This document shows, piece after piece, positions 49,911-62,689 of a stretch of DNA of 64,000 bases. The stretch is from contig NW_026867501.1 of assembly GCF_020745735.1 (NCBI RefSeq), positions 1 through 64,000 on the forward strand, in the 5' to 3' direction. Position 1 is the first letter of the stretch, and each line of letters opens with the position of its first letter. Below the pieces are notes generated by a model. That model saw only the letters and a list, made by a program, of their open reading frames with translations. It did no database searches and had not been told where the DNA came from. Position numbers and translations under genes: made by a program. The DNA is from Hemiscyllium ocellatum. Its lineage: Eukaryota.

Positions 49911-49965
49911 CATTTAGAAGAAAAGTTGCAGCTGTGAGTAGTAAACAAACAGTTCCAGACGACAT
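49911..49965 (-). CDS. TRAV: Leader exon of the TCR V gene (MSSGTVCLLLTAATFLLN, phase 1)
   Basis: 55 nt, hydrophobic, donor AATG|GTATGT, in frame with the V exon. Confidence 0.88.
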
Positions 49966-50039
49966 GTTTGTACGACTATCACGTTGAATATGAGCCGAAC
50001 TGGCCGAAGCTAAAATTGTTTTCGTCAAGAGTTGTGAAA

Positions 50040-50085
50040 TGATTGACTAACTTCCGGATCTCTGCTTATTGGTTCATTATTGGCA
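50040..50085 (-). promoter_or_regulatory. Candidate V-gene promoter
   Basis: ETS-type CCGGAAGT (50050-50057) and two CCAAT boxes (50068-50072, 50079-50083), about 85-120 nt upstream of the ATG. Confidence 0.4.
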
Positions 50086-53000
50086 AAGACATCTCGTGAC
50101 AGACATGAAACTTGGAGCTGCTTCATTCTTTAATTGGACCACTTCAACTCTCGTGTGAGGACCGTTTCATGCCGTAACAGTTGTGAAAAAGGGAGCAAAG
50201 TTCTGAAAAACGGCTTCTGGTACTCAAACGTTGATTGTTTTTTTCTTCACAGAATTGCCAGACTGTCTGAATTTCTCCAGTTATTTTCGCTATTGTTTCA
50301 GATATGCAGTAAGTTCTTTATTATTTGTTTTTAGTAAAAGTCAATTTGTTCACCTAGCAACACGGTGATGTACAGAGTTTAAACCACATGTTGTCCTAAA
50401 ACAGTTATTATTTCTTTAGGCAACGCTAAAAGAAGTAAAGTTGTTCATGTTGTTCGACTATCAGGACTGGAATTCCCCAGTGCGCAGAGCTGCTCGCTGA
50501 CGATGAGAGTTCCCTGAAACCGATGTGGAAGCTCTCTGGGTCTGAGACATTTGGATTAAAATAACTAGAGACAAAAAAATTTCAAAAAAAATCAATTTAT
50601 GCAAAGGTAGAATCGAATGCAGCTTTCTCTGCATTTGCTGGCAAACGTCATTGGCTGGCATGGAAAGTTCGTGGTTAGTAAGTCTGTCACACGGCACTAG
50701 GGTCGCAGATGAAATTCTAACTTTGGGTGAGGGTGGTCATGAAGATTACACGCTCGTGATGTGCTCCAGGTATGCGCAAACAGTTCAATGATGTGCAAGA
50801 TATATGGACTAGCGTGGGAAATGCTTGGTTAATGGAATGGGATAGGACAGGGTGCATGTTTTCAGTCGGTCAGTTTGGTTTCAATAGGCTTCATGGTCTG
50901 CTTCCGTACTGTAGTGATTCTACGTTGTCAAAAGTCTTGTATAACTTTATCTTTAATTATCGCAAATGTAACTTATGTTTCTATGACAGATACAGTGTGT
51001 CCAAATGTTTGCTCACCATCATATTGCCGCGCATTGTCAGCGATAAACATGATTATTGCCACTAGCACCCTTAGAAAGGCAACTGATCCGTTAAGAAATT
51101 GAACATTGCAATCAAATGTTCCTCATATGAATGAGAATGGTAAAAGACGAGAGACACACGTCAACACACCATCTAAATACTGACTAAAGTGAACGTACTA
51201 CTGACAAGTTTATAGATGACACAAAAGCATATGGGACGGCACATGGTGAGTTCTTTGAGTCACCTTCAACGCGTGCCATCCCACATGCTTTTGTGTCATC
51301 TGTAAACAAGTAAGCAAACACATAGACTACAGATTAGCGCCCTCTGGTGGGATCTCTGTGAAATTTATGGATGGGCAAAAACAGATGTTGAATTTTCAGG
51401 ATATGTTCTTGAGATGACTGGATTGCATAAGCATTGACGTCAAAGGACAGGCAATCATAATTCCTTCATGTTTCGTTGAGTTATGATTTAATCTGTTGTT
51501 TAAAGTCTGCACCACATGCTCGCTGCTTTTTTTTCTTTCTTGCTATTCTCCTTCAATGGTTTCTAACCATTCTGTCCATGGCAATTATTATTAATGTATT
51601 TCCCAGAATTCGATTTTCTACTTGGATGTTTATGACATGGAAATACATTGCTCCTTCTCCTCCATCCACATATCCAATTGTTTTCACTTCTGTTGATCTT
51701 TCGATATTTTCTGCTGTATTCTGGTCTCATTTCCCTTAATTTAGATATCTGGATCACAGAATTAGCAACACGGATGTTTCAAAATAAACACGAAGTACTC
51801 TCAAGATCTGTTTATCATACTGGATGCCATTTGTCACTGTCTACCATACCAGCATTTTTGTTCCATCCACAAATTAAAATGAGTATTTTCTGTATTCGCA
51901 ACGAACTCAGTTATATAGATGACAAACCCAAAGAGGACCCAATACCTGAGGATGGCGAATCATGTGAAGGCGAACCTAAATGTAGGGAGTGTTCCAATGC
52001 ATCTTCTACATTTGTCCAGTATGATGCCAGATGTCGTGCATTTTGAAAATATTGCTGGCGGACTGGTTCCTAACCACAGCGTGCCTCGAGGAGGGTGCAT
52101 ATTGCTCTCTATAGGATGACGCTGTTGAAAGTTGCAGGAGGAAGATGAAATGCCTGCAAATCAGGTTGCTTTGCCACGGATGTTGTCGAGCATCTTGGAG
52201 TGTTTTGGAACTTCTCTATTCCAGATAAGTGCGGAGTATTGCATCATATTCCAGTCTCCAGTTCACAGACGGTCATTATCTTCTGTCACATGGCGTTCCC
52301 AAACTGTTTCCAATTTTGAAATAAGACTGCAATTAGAACGCGAACGACCCTCCCGGGATTCAAGATGAGAATCAATGATCTGCGCAAACGCAGCCTTATG
52401 GCACTATCAATAAACTCATACAACACTTTGCTGTTGATAGACAGTGGACTGTTGGGACATTAATTGGCTGAGTTTGTCTTGTTTTTATTTCAGCGCAAAA
52501 CAACATATTTGGCCAGTATTCCAGGTTTTCAGATAAATATCAGTGTTGAGGATAAAATCGAATAGCCTGGCTGAGGGCACTACTATGTGAAAACACTAAT
52601 GTTGGGAACACCACCAAGAATACGTTCTGTGCCATTGCACCTCAAATTTCGCCTCGAAAGTCTTGTTCAGCATGGATTCATCAACATGAACATTCAGAGA
52701 AATGAGAGGAAAGTGTGTCGTCAAAAAAATTTCTTGGCTACGTTGCCCTTGTGCCGTGGAAGTTCATGGGTTTTTGAGCATTTCAATTTTGGTCACTCAA
52801 ATGGAACGTACCCAGAGACGATGATAATGTTGGTATGTGGGGCATTCTTTAGTAAATATGATGCAATATGTTTCACTATGAGAGGCCGTTCTTTGATTTG
52901 CCTTTGGGACAACTTTCATGATATTGGCACCAGCTTCCAAAAGGTAGCGTCAAAGAGTTTCTCGTCGACTGGGTTAACATTCGTTATCAGTAGTCTTCCA

Positions 53001-54806
53001 ATTGCAATTCCTTTGTTAGGTTGATTTGATTTAATAAAAAAGATTTATGAAGCCATTTCAAGAATGGTTAACAGCTAATGTACTGCTCGTGTTTCTGGAG
53101 TCACTCATTGATTAAACGAACCTCGAATGGCCGATTTCCTTATCTAAACAATAGTAGTGAATATGTTTGAGTTTTAACGGTGATTGCATTAATTCTGCTG
53201 TTTGCTGATTTCAAATTCATGATTTGCCATTGTGGCATTTGATTATTACGAGGTGATTGGCATTATCACTGCTCTAGTCGTTGTACTCCATGTAATAGTG
53301 TTTGTTTAGGCCCTTGTTTTCTACGTTAGTGCCTACATCCTTGACATGTGTCAGTTTCTGTCGCTTTTGTTTCAATAATTTCTTATCATTTTCGGACAGG
53401 TCTGAAGCTTCTTCATAAATATGAAGGTCCCATTGGAGCACTAACTGAGCTGTCTACTATTGTAAAACAATTCATGAAGCAAAAGCTATTATGACATGAG
53501 CTCCCATGGACGTTCATGCAATGGTATGGCCTTTTAGACCTCAGTGCACAAATCCATGTCTTACTTTCCTCTTGTAGACCCTTGGTCGCCACGTACTAAT
53601 ATGGTCATGTAATTGATTTTCCCTGTAAAACGAATTACTATTCTGTGATACGATGCAGTAGATCAGACGCTGTATATTTTAAAAGAGGTCAGTTTAGTGT
53701 ACATTAAGCTTGAGTATGTGTGCGAGTATATTTCATAATTTTGTCAATTCTCATTTCTTTCTGCACTGGACGACGTATCACAATGCTTTCGAGTGATATT
53801 GTCGAATTGAACTAAAATACACGTGTCCCTACTTTGTGGCTCTAAGTCTAAGCTTCTAGACCGTTTCTCTGTTCCCACTGTGCAGCTCTATTGCATGCCA
53901 AATAAATATTTGACGTGACTATGTTATCATCTGTATTGCACCAGGCCTTGTTTCACTTTCAATTTCACGAGGTTATAGCTATGCTCCTCTTAGACTACAT
54001 ACCACATACTGCAATAGACCATGTCTGAATAGTTTTTATTTAAGAAAAGGGGGAAGTGTTGCTGCTCATATTTGGTATCAATGCTGATCACTAAAAATAA
54101 TGTTGTCGGATGGATCAAGCCCTAACATGATGGTTACTGCAAGAGACCATACTTTATTTTTCTATCACATTATTCCTATTACTGTTCCCTTATATTGAAA
54201 GTGCCTCTAATTACCAGTGGTTTGATACAATATTCCTCATCAAGATAAAGTTTTCTATTTCACATGTTGTCTCACTTATTTATCATATAGCAAACTCCTC
54301 CCCAAATTTCGAGTTTTTCAGATTATGAACCCGAAGTCGAAAAACTGAAGACTTGTCTGTAATTTGCTGTGGAAGAATCACTCAATGTTCTATGAAAAAA
54401 AATGCCAGTAGAAACAGAAAATCCTTCACGAAATTAAACTTTAATCTTGCAAAAACAAAGCTGTGGGACCCAACAAATTGTCTTCCCTGACTCCCCACAA
54501 GCTCTTTGTTTTCTGCAATTTATATAGCTGTTCTTCCCGTGCTTATCAGCTTGCATTAGCATAACAAATCATTCTGTCTCACTTTGTCTTTCTAAACTAT
54601 TCATTGTCTGTCACACTGTTCCCTACATTGCACTTAACCTATCACATCGCCCCACCATCATCTTCAACATGAGCTCTTCTGCCAGTATTTTAACTAGCCT
54701 ATCAAAATGCACTGCCATTATCTGTTACTGGAGCCCTGTAACATGATCTCGGGCATACATTGCAACACTAAGCTAGTTACATAACTGGCAGAGTAACATT
54801 CATTTA

Positions 54807-57800
54807 TTCCCCCCTTTGAGACCGATAGGCCTCACACAGAGAAATAATACAAGGAGGCAGGACGCACAAAGGGCAAATAGATCGGCAGAGCCGAAAAATG
54901 GGAAATAACAATTTTCAGGTCCAAGTTTCAAAGGAATCTCCTTCCACATCTGGAGTCACAGGCCAAAAATGCGTCCCAGAATAAATGGAACAGGAAACAA
55001 AATGGCCCAAAGACCCTACACAAACAATATGCTCACACAACGCATGCAAGTCAGACCGGTCCATCCGAACAAGGCTTCAACACCTCAGCAGGTGGCAGAT
55101 CATGGTACTAGAGTGGCGAAGCTGCAGTGGAAGAGGGGGCCTAACGAGAGTACACTGGAACAACAGGGAATTGTTGCGCAGCAAGACACACTAACAAAGA
55201 CTTAATAAGAGGTCGAGCACAGCAAAACACAAAGTCAACAACATGCACCACAAAACCGGCAACAATCCCAGTCTTAACAAAACAAGCCCCACTCCCATCC
55301 GCCCAAAATTCCATCCAACCAGTCGAAGGACCGATGGCCATACCTAGCAGTCTTCTTAAGCGCCTTCCATAAATTCCATAGCTTACCCATCACTTGTTAA
55401 AAGATCTGTCCAGGCTAGTGTTAATGGGAATCAAGGTACAGCAATGTTCCCTAGTCAGTGCACAGAACCCATCTTTCTCAGCCAACCACCAGTTCAAGTC
55501 CTGCCTCATCCGTCACGCAATTCGACTGGTCACATTCAATTGATCACACAATGCAGAGAGGGCATCATCAGGATAACTAATAAATCTCTTCTGACTGTAA
55601 TAGATAGAATTAACCTACTCAATATTCTTGCTAATACCAATGGCAGGGATAAGCAACTCCCAGGCCATGGCAATCTCATTTCTGGCCTTGAACATTGGGG
55701 ATATCCCTTCGCTAACATACCCACAACATGCATTGCCGGATCAGGGAAGTACTCCCGTTTAGAGTGGTGCAGAGTAGACTGGAATGGGACACTGGCACTA
55801 TCAAGTGAGGTCTGTCAGTCCGCCAAATCGTTCGACCCCAAGTCAGCACAGGAACAGAAACGTTCAGGACGGAGATGGGGTATTAATTGACCTTCCCCAA
55901 CCCGTCCTCAGTCACACAATTAGGAGAAATTACACCTTCCAGAAACCGACAACCCCAGAGGCAACAGTATCTCCGAACGCTGCAGTCGCCGAGTGTTGTG
56001 GGACAAATAAAGGTGTATCACTCAGCACGCCCTTTCAACCATCGCAGTCCATTCTCACCCCTCACATACCTCAACCCCTGAGTCCATCTGTGCAGTTGGG
56101 AGCATCCTGTTCCAGTGATCAAGATGATATCAGGCAGATCTGCCCTCAAATGAACGGCAGTAGGTGACGCCCTGATTGCCATAAAAGAACCCTCTCTTCA
56201 CGGCTCATTACACTTTCTCAGGAAAATCCGTACATACATCAGATATCGTGGGGCAAACGGCCCCTGCCTGTTACCAAACATTGGATCCAACAGTATTTCC
56301 TGCGTGTGGATAAGCCCATGTATCATAGTTCGCCGTTGCACGCACTACTTTTGATTATGTTCCAATTCTTCCATGCTGGGCACGTCAAACAAACCCCTCC
56401 ACTCGAGCACTGGCATCAGTCCACCAGTAAGCATATCATGCAGCACTAAGTTAGTCATGCGGTTAGTCCGCATATGCTAATGCATTTGTGCCAACGGCAG
56501 GGAATCGACCCAGTTAAGATTGCTGGCCACACAAGTTTTATTCAACTTATCCTTCAAATTAACAGTAACCCGTTCCACCATAACCTGCGACTGGGAATGA
56601 TACACACAGCCAAACCTCTATTTAATATGTAAAACCTGTCGCACCAACTCAGCCACTTTCTAGATAAAGGCAGACCCATCATCCGGACTGATCTCAGACA
56701 GTCTTCCAAACCTCAGAATAACTTATGTTGTTAAAAAGTTGTCATTGTGCCTTCCACAGAATCCTTCGACGGGATCGCTTCTACCCAGCTACTAAACCTG
56801 TTAATGACCACCAACATACATCTCTTCTTTCTCACCGTCTTTATCGTGTCCACATAGTCAATCACCAAATGCTTAAATGGCTCTTCAGGTGCAGGTGTCT
56901 ATCCTGTAAGGGTCGCTTTTCCCTTTTTGACATTATTTTGAGCAAAGACATCACATTGCAATAATACGTAATCCATTGAAGCCTACAAGGTGGCCAAATG
57001 CCATCGCTCTTTATCTTGCTCAGCAATCTGCCTCTGGCACAATGATCAAACCCATGTGCCTTTGTGATAAGAATGGTCAACAAAGGGCTGGGCGCCACCC
57101 ACAAACTTTCCTCTGTGCACCACAGGCTTTCATTGTTACGCCTGCCTCCTCCTTTGCCCCCACACCAGCGCTCAGCTATGGTCGGCTTACGTTGCATTAC
57201 AATGATGTCGGCTATCGTTGGCTCTGGATCAAAACACAACTGGTTTGCAATGACATCTGAAGCACACACAAAAACCAGTCTAGCCGCTTCATCTGCTGCC
57301 TGATCTTCCTTGACCACCCTATCACTACCTATCTTGTGTGCCTGTTACTTTATAAAAGCTGACGCTGAAGGCATCGTCAATAAGTTCATCAACACGACAA
57401 TCCACGCACAATGTTGCATGGAATCCTCATTGATCTTTTGGAAACCAGTTTGTTTCCCTGTCGCTATAGCTACACTCTGTAAATGCTGCGGCGTGACCAC
57501 CTCGCAGTGCCACCGCTCCCCTACGACTTTACTTTGAATCTCGTTAAAAATCACTGTACAATGCACATCAGACTAGGGTGGCAACGCCAAAGGCAGTAAA
57601 CCTAAAGCCTCTTTCCTCCATTATTTCCAAGTTTCCCAAATATAACCATCTCTGTCGTCGATACAACAGCCTTTCTGGTTTCCTGCAACATCAACTGAGA
57701 ATTCGCTATACCTACAGCAAATCCCTTTTGCGTACACTTCAATTTTAGTTCTCACTTCAAAAAGGCGTCCCAACCCAGCAAATCAATTGGTGTCACCTCA

Positions 57801-59300
57801 GGGACTAATACAGACATGACGACTGATTTGTAAACTTACTGGAGCTGTAAACCTTGTCAACTGCAGTTTTTGCAATGACCCTATAGTCCCACCAAACTTT
57901 CCTGATATGGAAAGGCGGGGGGCAGATTGCGGTTGAACACAAGTATAAATTGCTCCAGTACCAATCATCATAGGAATAAACTGTCCTTTCAACCTAACCT
58001 GCACGATAAAGTTCTAGTTCAGCCTCCCGTATAATAATAGAGTATTGCCCCTTATCACTTGGGTTCTCTGTGCACCCCTAGCACATCCTGTACAGATTAA
58101 CATGCCTATTGGGCCTGTAGCGATTTTGTGGGGAGACAGTCGGTCATTCCTGAACCATAGGTCTACCCTGGGGCCGGGAGGTCCAATAAAGGCAAGTCCT
58201 TCCAAAATGACCAGGTTGAGAATACTCCAAACACACTATTTCTGATCCTCCCTAAGTCTGACCTCTCACCATACCTTTTGGCCACTCACCTCTTTGCCTC
58301 TGTCCTGGGGGACCTCAGTTCCGTCGAGACTGTTAGTTAATTTTATATTGCCCTTACTATGATATCCGTGTAAAAGTTCCTCCAAAAACATGTATTATCG
58401 GCTTTGGGTTGTCTGGCTCTTGCCAGGCGACGATAACGGGTTTCCCTCGACAAGCATGTTGTTCATTTCATCGGCGCTGAACATCCCAGTTGTCACTGGC
58501 AACAGAATCTAACTTTTTTCTCAGTGTCTTTTCAAGTTCCTCGAGCTGTGTTTGCATCAAATTTCTTATCATATCCTCCTGCTTTCAGAGAGCTTCTTTT
58601 TGTCTTTGTGGTACCTTTCGACGGCACGGAAGATGTGATCTCTGAATTCCTGACGGGCCTTGGACATCAGAGACACTACGTCCTCTAGCTTAGAATTGAA
58701 TTGAGGGGGAATTGCCTCAAAAATACCAGTCTGAAACATAATAATCAACAGCTGACTAACTTCCACATCGTGTTCTGTATCAAACTTCTAACTTTTCAAC
58801 TGGTTTTCCAAATAGGCGCCTATTATCCAGTGTCTCCCAATGGATCCTTTCTCAAAGCATTGGGATCGATCTTAGGCGAGTCCAAGGGCCTTCCATTCCC
58901 TTTGTCTTACTCGATCAAACCCAGCACCATCAATCATCGGATTGTCCACAACATTTTTCAAGTAGGCTCAGTCAATTATCTTTCTTAAGTTGGGGGTCCC
59001 ACCACCCGTATTGGCAGGACCTTCAAATCCCCCATAGCCAACAACTGTCATGCGATGTATTCTTCAAAGGCTCTAATCAACTTTCCTACTCCATCATGCA
59101 AATTTGGCAGCACATTTATCAGCCTTTCCAGATCCTGGGTTCCCCAAGGAATGTTTTGCAGCTGTCTCCCTCCTTTTATAAGCAACGGCAGCAGCTTCCC
59201 CTCTTGGAACTTCTTGCCCACACTAAACTTGCTACTTTGTGATTCCGCATCAGACTCCAAATCTCACCTTATTTGTATTTCCTCACTCTACCACTCGCAA
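54807..59300 (-). mobile_element. Internally deleted epsilon-like endogenous retrovirus (gag-PR-[no RT]-RH C-terminus-IN-env TM)
   Basis: gag PWGTQDLERLINVLP; PR MMIGTGAIYTC and DLLGWD; RH AHKIGSDRVV..ADEAAR; IN AHGFDH, INRFSSWVEAIP and HSQSQVMVER; env HSKR, FKARNEIA, YYSQKRFI and CALTREHCC (CX6CC); polypurine tract at about 54807-54817. Confidence 0.88.
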
Positions 59301-59999
59301 TCGTCCCTTACTCATCCATCGGTTCTTAAGATTCTTCAGTTTCAACTAATTAATAAAAACAATTTATTCTAATTCGTTTTGCCTAAATTATTCCAGGACT
59401 GCATCTGCAGAATGCACTCATCATTGATGGTTTCTTGAAAGAACATGATAAACACCCAGTGCTGATCTCAAACGTCGAACATGACATTCATGGTCCTGCA
59501 CTGATAGTGAACAGCCTGAAGTTGTGACACCGCATGTCTCAATGACAAGCCCTAACGAACGGTTGACGTCTTTGCTGCTGGAGTGCAATGGTCAACAGAG
59601 TGCATGCGCACTAATCCTGAATGCGGAAAAGAAAGCTGTGAGTAGCTCTTCAAAATTCACAGGGATGGAGTTGGTAAAATCGTTTAGCAGGGGATTTATC
59701 CACGGGCAATTTAAACCAAGAGGAAAAGTGAAGTAAGGCTGGAATTGCGAAGTAACGCATGTCTGGCAGCATCTTTGGAGGCAAATCAGCGTTTCGTTTC
59801 CAATAATGCATAAGAGTGGTTGAACTTGAAATGTTAATTGTAATTTACTCTACTAAGGTACTGCTGGACCTGTTAAGCTACTCGTTCGTTTCAGATCTCC
59901 AGTCTTTGCATTGTTGTACATTTATTCGAGAGAATATTCACTCCTGCACGTCCATTCTGATCTGGTGTTGAAGGCTTTAATTACGTTTTATTTCTGCAG

Positions 60000-61140
60000 T
60001 GCATTTGAAACAGATACTTGGTAGCTGTGAAACTGAGCTCATCTGTCTCATCAAAATCTGACGTAGTCATTAAAGTCATCAAGATCTGAACATCATGTAT
60101 TTTGAAGTTGGAACACCAACGTTTGTTCCTTCCGCCTACAGGCAAAGAATGCAGCAAAGAATCAGAGTCATTAGGAGATAAACAAACTTCAATGGGTACA
60201 AATGTATCGGAGCCAGATAAATTGCAATCAAAATCACGGGTGAACATTGAACTGCTTTCAAGCAGAAGTATTTCCGACACGATTAAGGTTTATTCCCATC
60301 AACGGTGCAGACAGTGGTCGCAAAACCAATGCCATTTTGAAGACAACATGCAAAAGCAAAATTAAGATTCTCAGGGGAAAAGCACTTGTGACAAATATGA
60401 GGTTGATAGTTCAATGACAACCGGGAATAAGTGAATAAATAAATGTCAGACCAGACATTGAAAAGATGACCGAGGCTCAGATAGATTTGAAGCAAATCTC
60501 TTCAATAATCATTTCACCAATAAATGTGCAATTAAAAGAACACGTATTGAGTGTAAAGAAGACTTCAAAAGATCATCCAGACTCGAGAGATTCAATTTCA
60601 CCTACGCAATGGATTGTGGGAAAGAGTTCAGATACCCATATGAGTTAAAAATTCATCGACACAGTTACACTAATTAGAAGCCATTGATTTGTTCGAAGTA
60701 TGGAAAGGAATTCATCGGGCCATCACGTATGCTCTTACATCACTGCATTCACACTAATAGAAAAGAGACCTTTTAAATGTCCAAACTGCCAGAAATTCGA
60801 AAGTCACTCTGGTAAACGTATTCTTCATCAACGTGTTCATAACGATGATAGATTGTTCTTCTCATCTCACGATAGTAGTAGGTTCAAGAGATCGCCGCAA
60901 CTCACTGTACATCCGCGAATTCAGGTCCCGCGACGCCATTCTCCCGCCATGAGTGGGAAAATATTTACCACATCATCCTTACATCTAACTCAACAACGAT
61001 TCGTCTTCTAAGTACAACGCACTCCTCTTTTGAGTGGGGGAAGTGATTTACTAATTTATCTGAGCTGCTGATACACACCGGCGTCTTCACACAGAACGAC
61101 GCTGTTCATCAGCGCTGAATATGGGGAAACAAAGTCATTG
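60000..61140 (+). pseudogene. C2H2 zinc-finger array pseudogene
   Basis: Fragments DCGKEFRYPYELKIHRHSYT*KPLICSKYGKEF..LHHCIHT and EKRPFKCPNC..LHQRVH, with stops and frameshifts; acceptor tttctgcag at about 59999. Confidence 0.75.
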
Positions 61141-62689
61141 TAATCCAATCAGGTCATACAGCAACAAAATCACAAATGCGATCTCATTCATATTTTACAA
61201 CACATTCTTGCAGGTCTTGGGGTAGATAATGAATCAAAACATTTTGCAAAATACCTTAACAAGTCTATTTTCGATTAGTCACTGAGAAAGTGACCATACA
61301 GACATCCAAACTGTCAGAAAAATCACGCAGTTTCTAGTCGTGGAGACCACGATTCCCAAGGGCGTCATGAGAAAGAGCTTTCCACTGATCTGATTTGATT
61401 TGGTTTGATTTGTTTTTGTACTGGAGGCATCGATGACCTGCTGGTATATTTTAATGGTAGTTGGTTCTGGTGGAATTGAGGGGCAAATCATTAACCAGCG
61501 ACCTATGCAGTGCCTCAAAGGTTGGCAGAGTAGAAAATAAAAAAAAATTAAGAAAAGTTGAGAAGTTCACTTACAATGTCCACAAATGTCGACAATGTCA
61601 GTGATTCTGAAAATAATTGCATTTGTTTTAACTTACTTTACATAATGTATTAATGTCTTCCCGAAACTATAAAGGTTTTGGAGTTGGATGCCACACAACA
61701 GTTTAAGATTCACATCGTCATTTTGGTCTAGGGTTAGAACTCCTCCTGTCAGTGTAATCTCCTGCAGAAGCAAACCCTTTCAAAACGTCTTCACTCATCT
61801 CATTCATGTCTGTTGTGCATTCTTGATTTCACTTGCTTCATGACTGGAGACCATCTTTTTCAGTTGCACATGACAGAAGCTCTAAAATTTCCACCATCAA
61901 TTATTCCGATTCTATAAATCCCTTTGCTCCTTAAATACACGACTGAACCAATTCCTTCATGATCAATCTATCTGTCATATGTTCTAGTACTACCTAGTCA
62001 AAACAAACAAAACATTGTGGAACTGCAGATCTGATACAAAAACAGAAAGTGCTGTAGAAGCTCAGCTTGTCTGGCAGTATCTGTGAAAGAGAAACATTTC
62101 TTATTCAAAATTACTGTTCTCCAGTACGGACAAGACGTGGAAAATTGCTGGAGTTTAGAATTAGAGAAGGGTGTGCAATCAGTTTTTCCACAGTGTGAAC
62201 TTGATGATGCTTCAACAGGGTGGATGACTGAGAAAATCACTTCCACAGTTCCAACAAGTGAAATGCGTATTCTCTGTTTGCTACCAGCAATGTGTTTTCT
62301 GAACAGAATGGCAATTGAGCCGGTCGCTACATACTGCAGTATATCCTCCACGTTAGGAATGCCGTTCAGAATAGAACATTCATTCCTGTCTGTTCCGCTG
62401 GATCAGATGTTTGGCGTCAGCTTTGTCCATCCAAGCAACACAGTTACAGTTTCTCTGCACTGTAAATAAGGCTTTTTCATTCAATCTTCCAAAACAGATA
62501 ATATTCAATTAATGATCAATTCAACGACTTCACCCGGTTCTGATAAAATGGATTGTTCAATTTTCCATCCATCCGTCAATTTTCCTCTCCTTTCCATTGC
62601 CTGTGAAATTGATACTTAATGGAAAAGAGTCAGAGAGAGAACATTCAAAAGCACAAAGGGAGGTTGTGAAATTGATTTGAACGGACCTG

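Noticed and set aside
51435-51442. Perfect CRE, TGACGTCA, upstream of the V gene
   Set aside because: It is 1.5 kb from the ATG, and one 8-mer per 64 kb is expected by chance
51476-52046. Hydrophobic overlapping ORFs suggestive of a GPCR
   Set aside because: No receptor motifs; consistent with T-rich non-coding sequence
52587-53024. 145-aa ORF
   Set aside because: No recognisable domain, non-ATG start, and no splice structure
55444-56167. Plus-strand ORFs of 148 and 127 aa
   Set aside because: Antisense shadows of the ERV env/IN region
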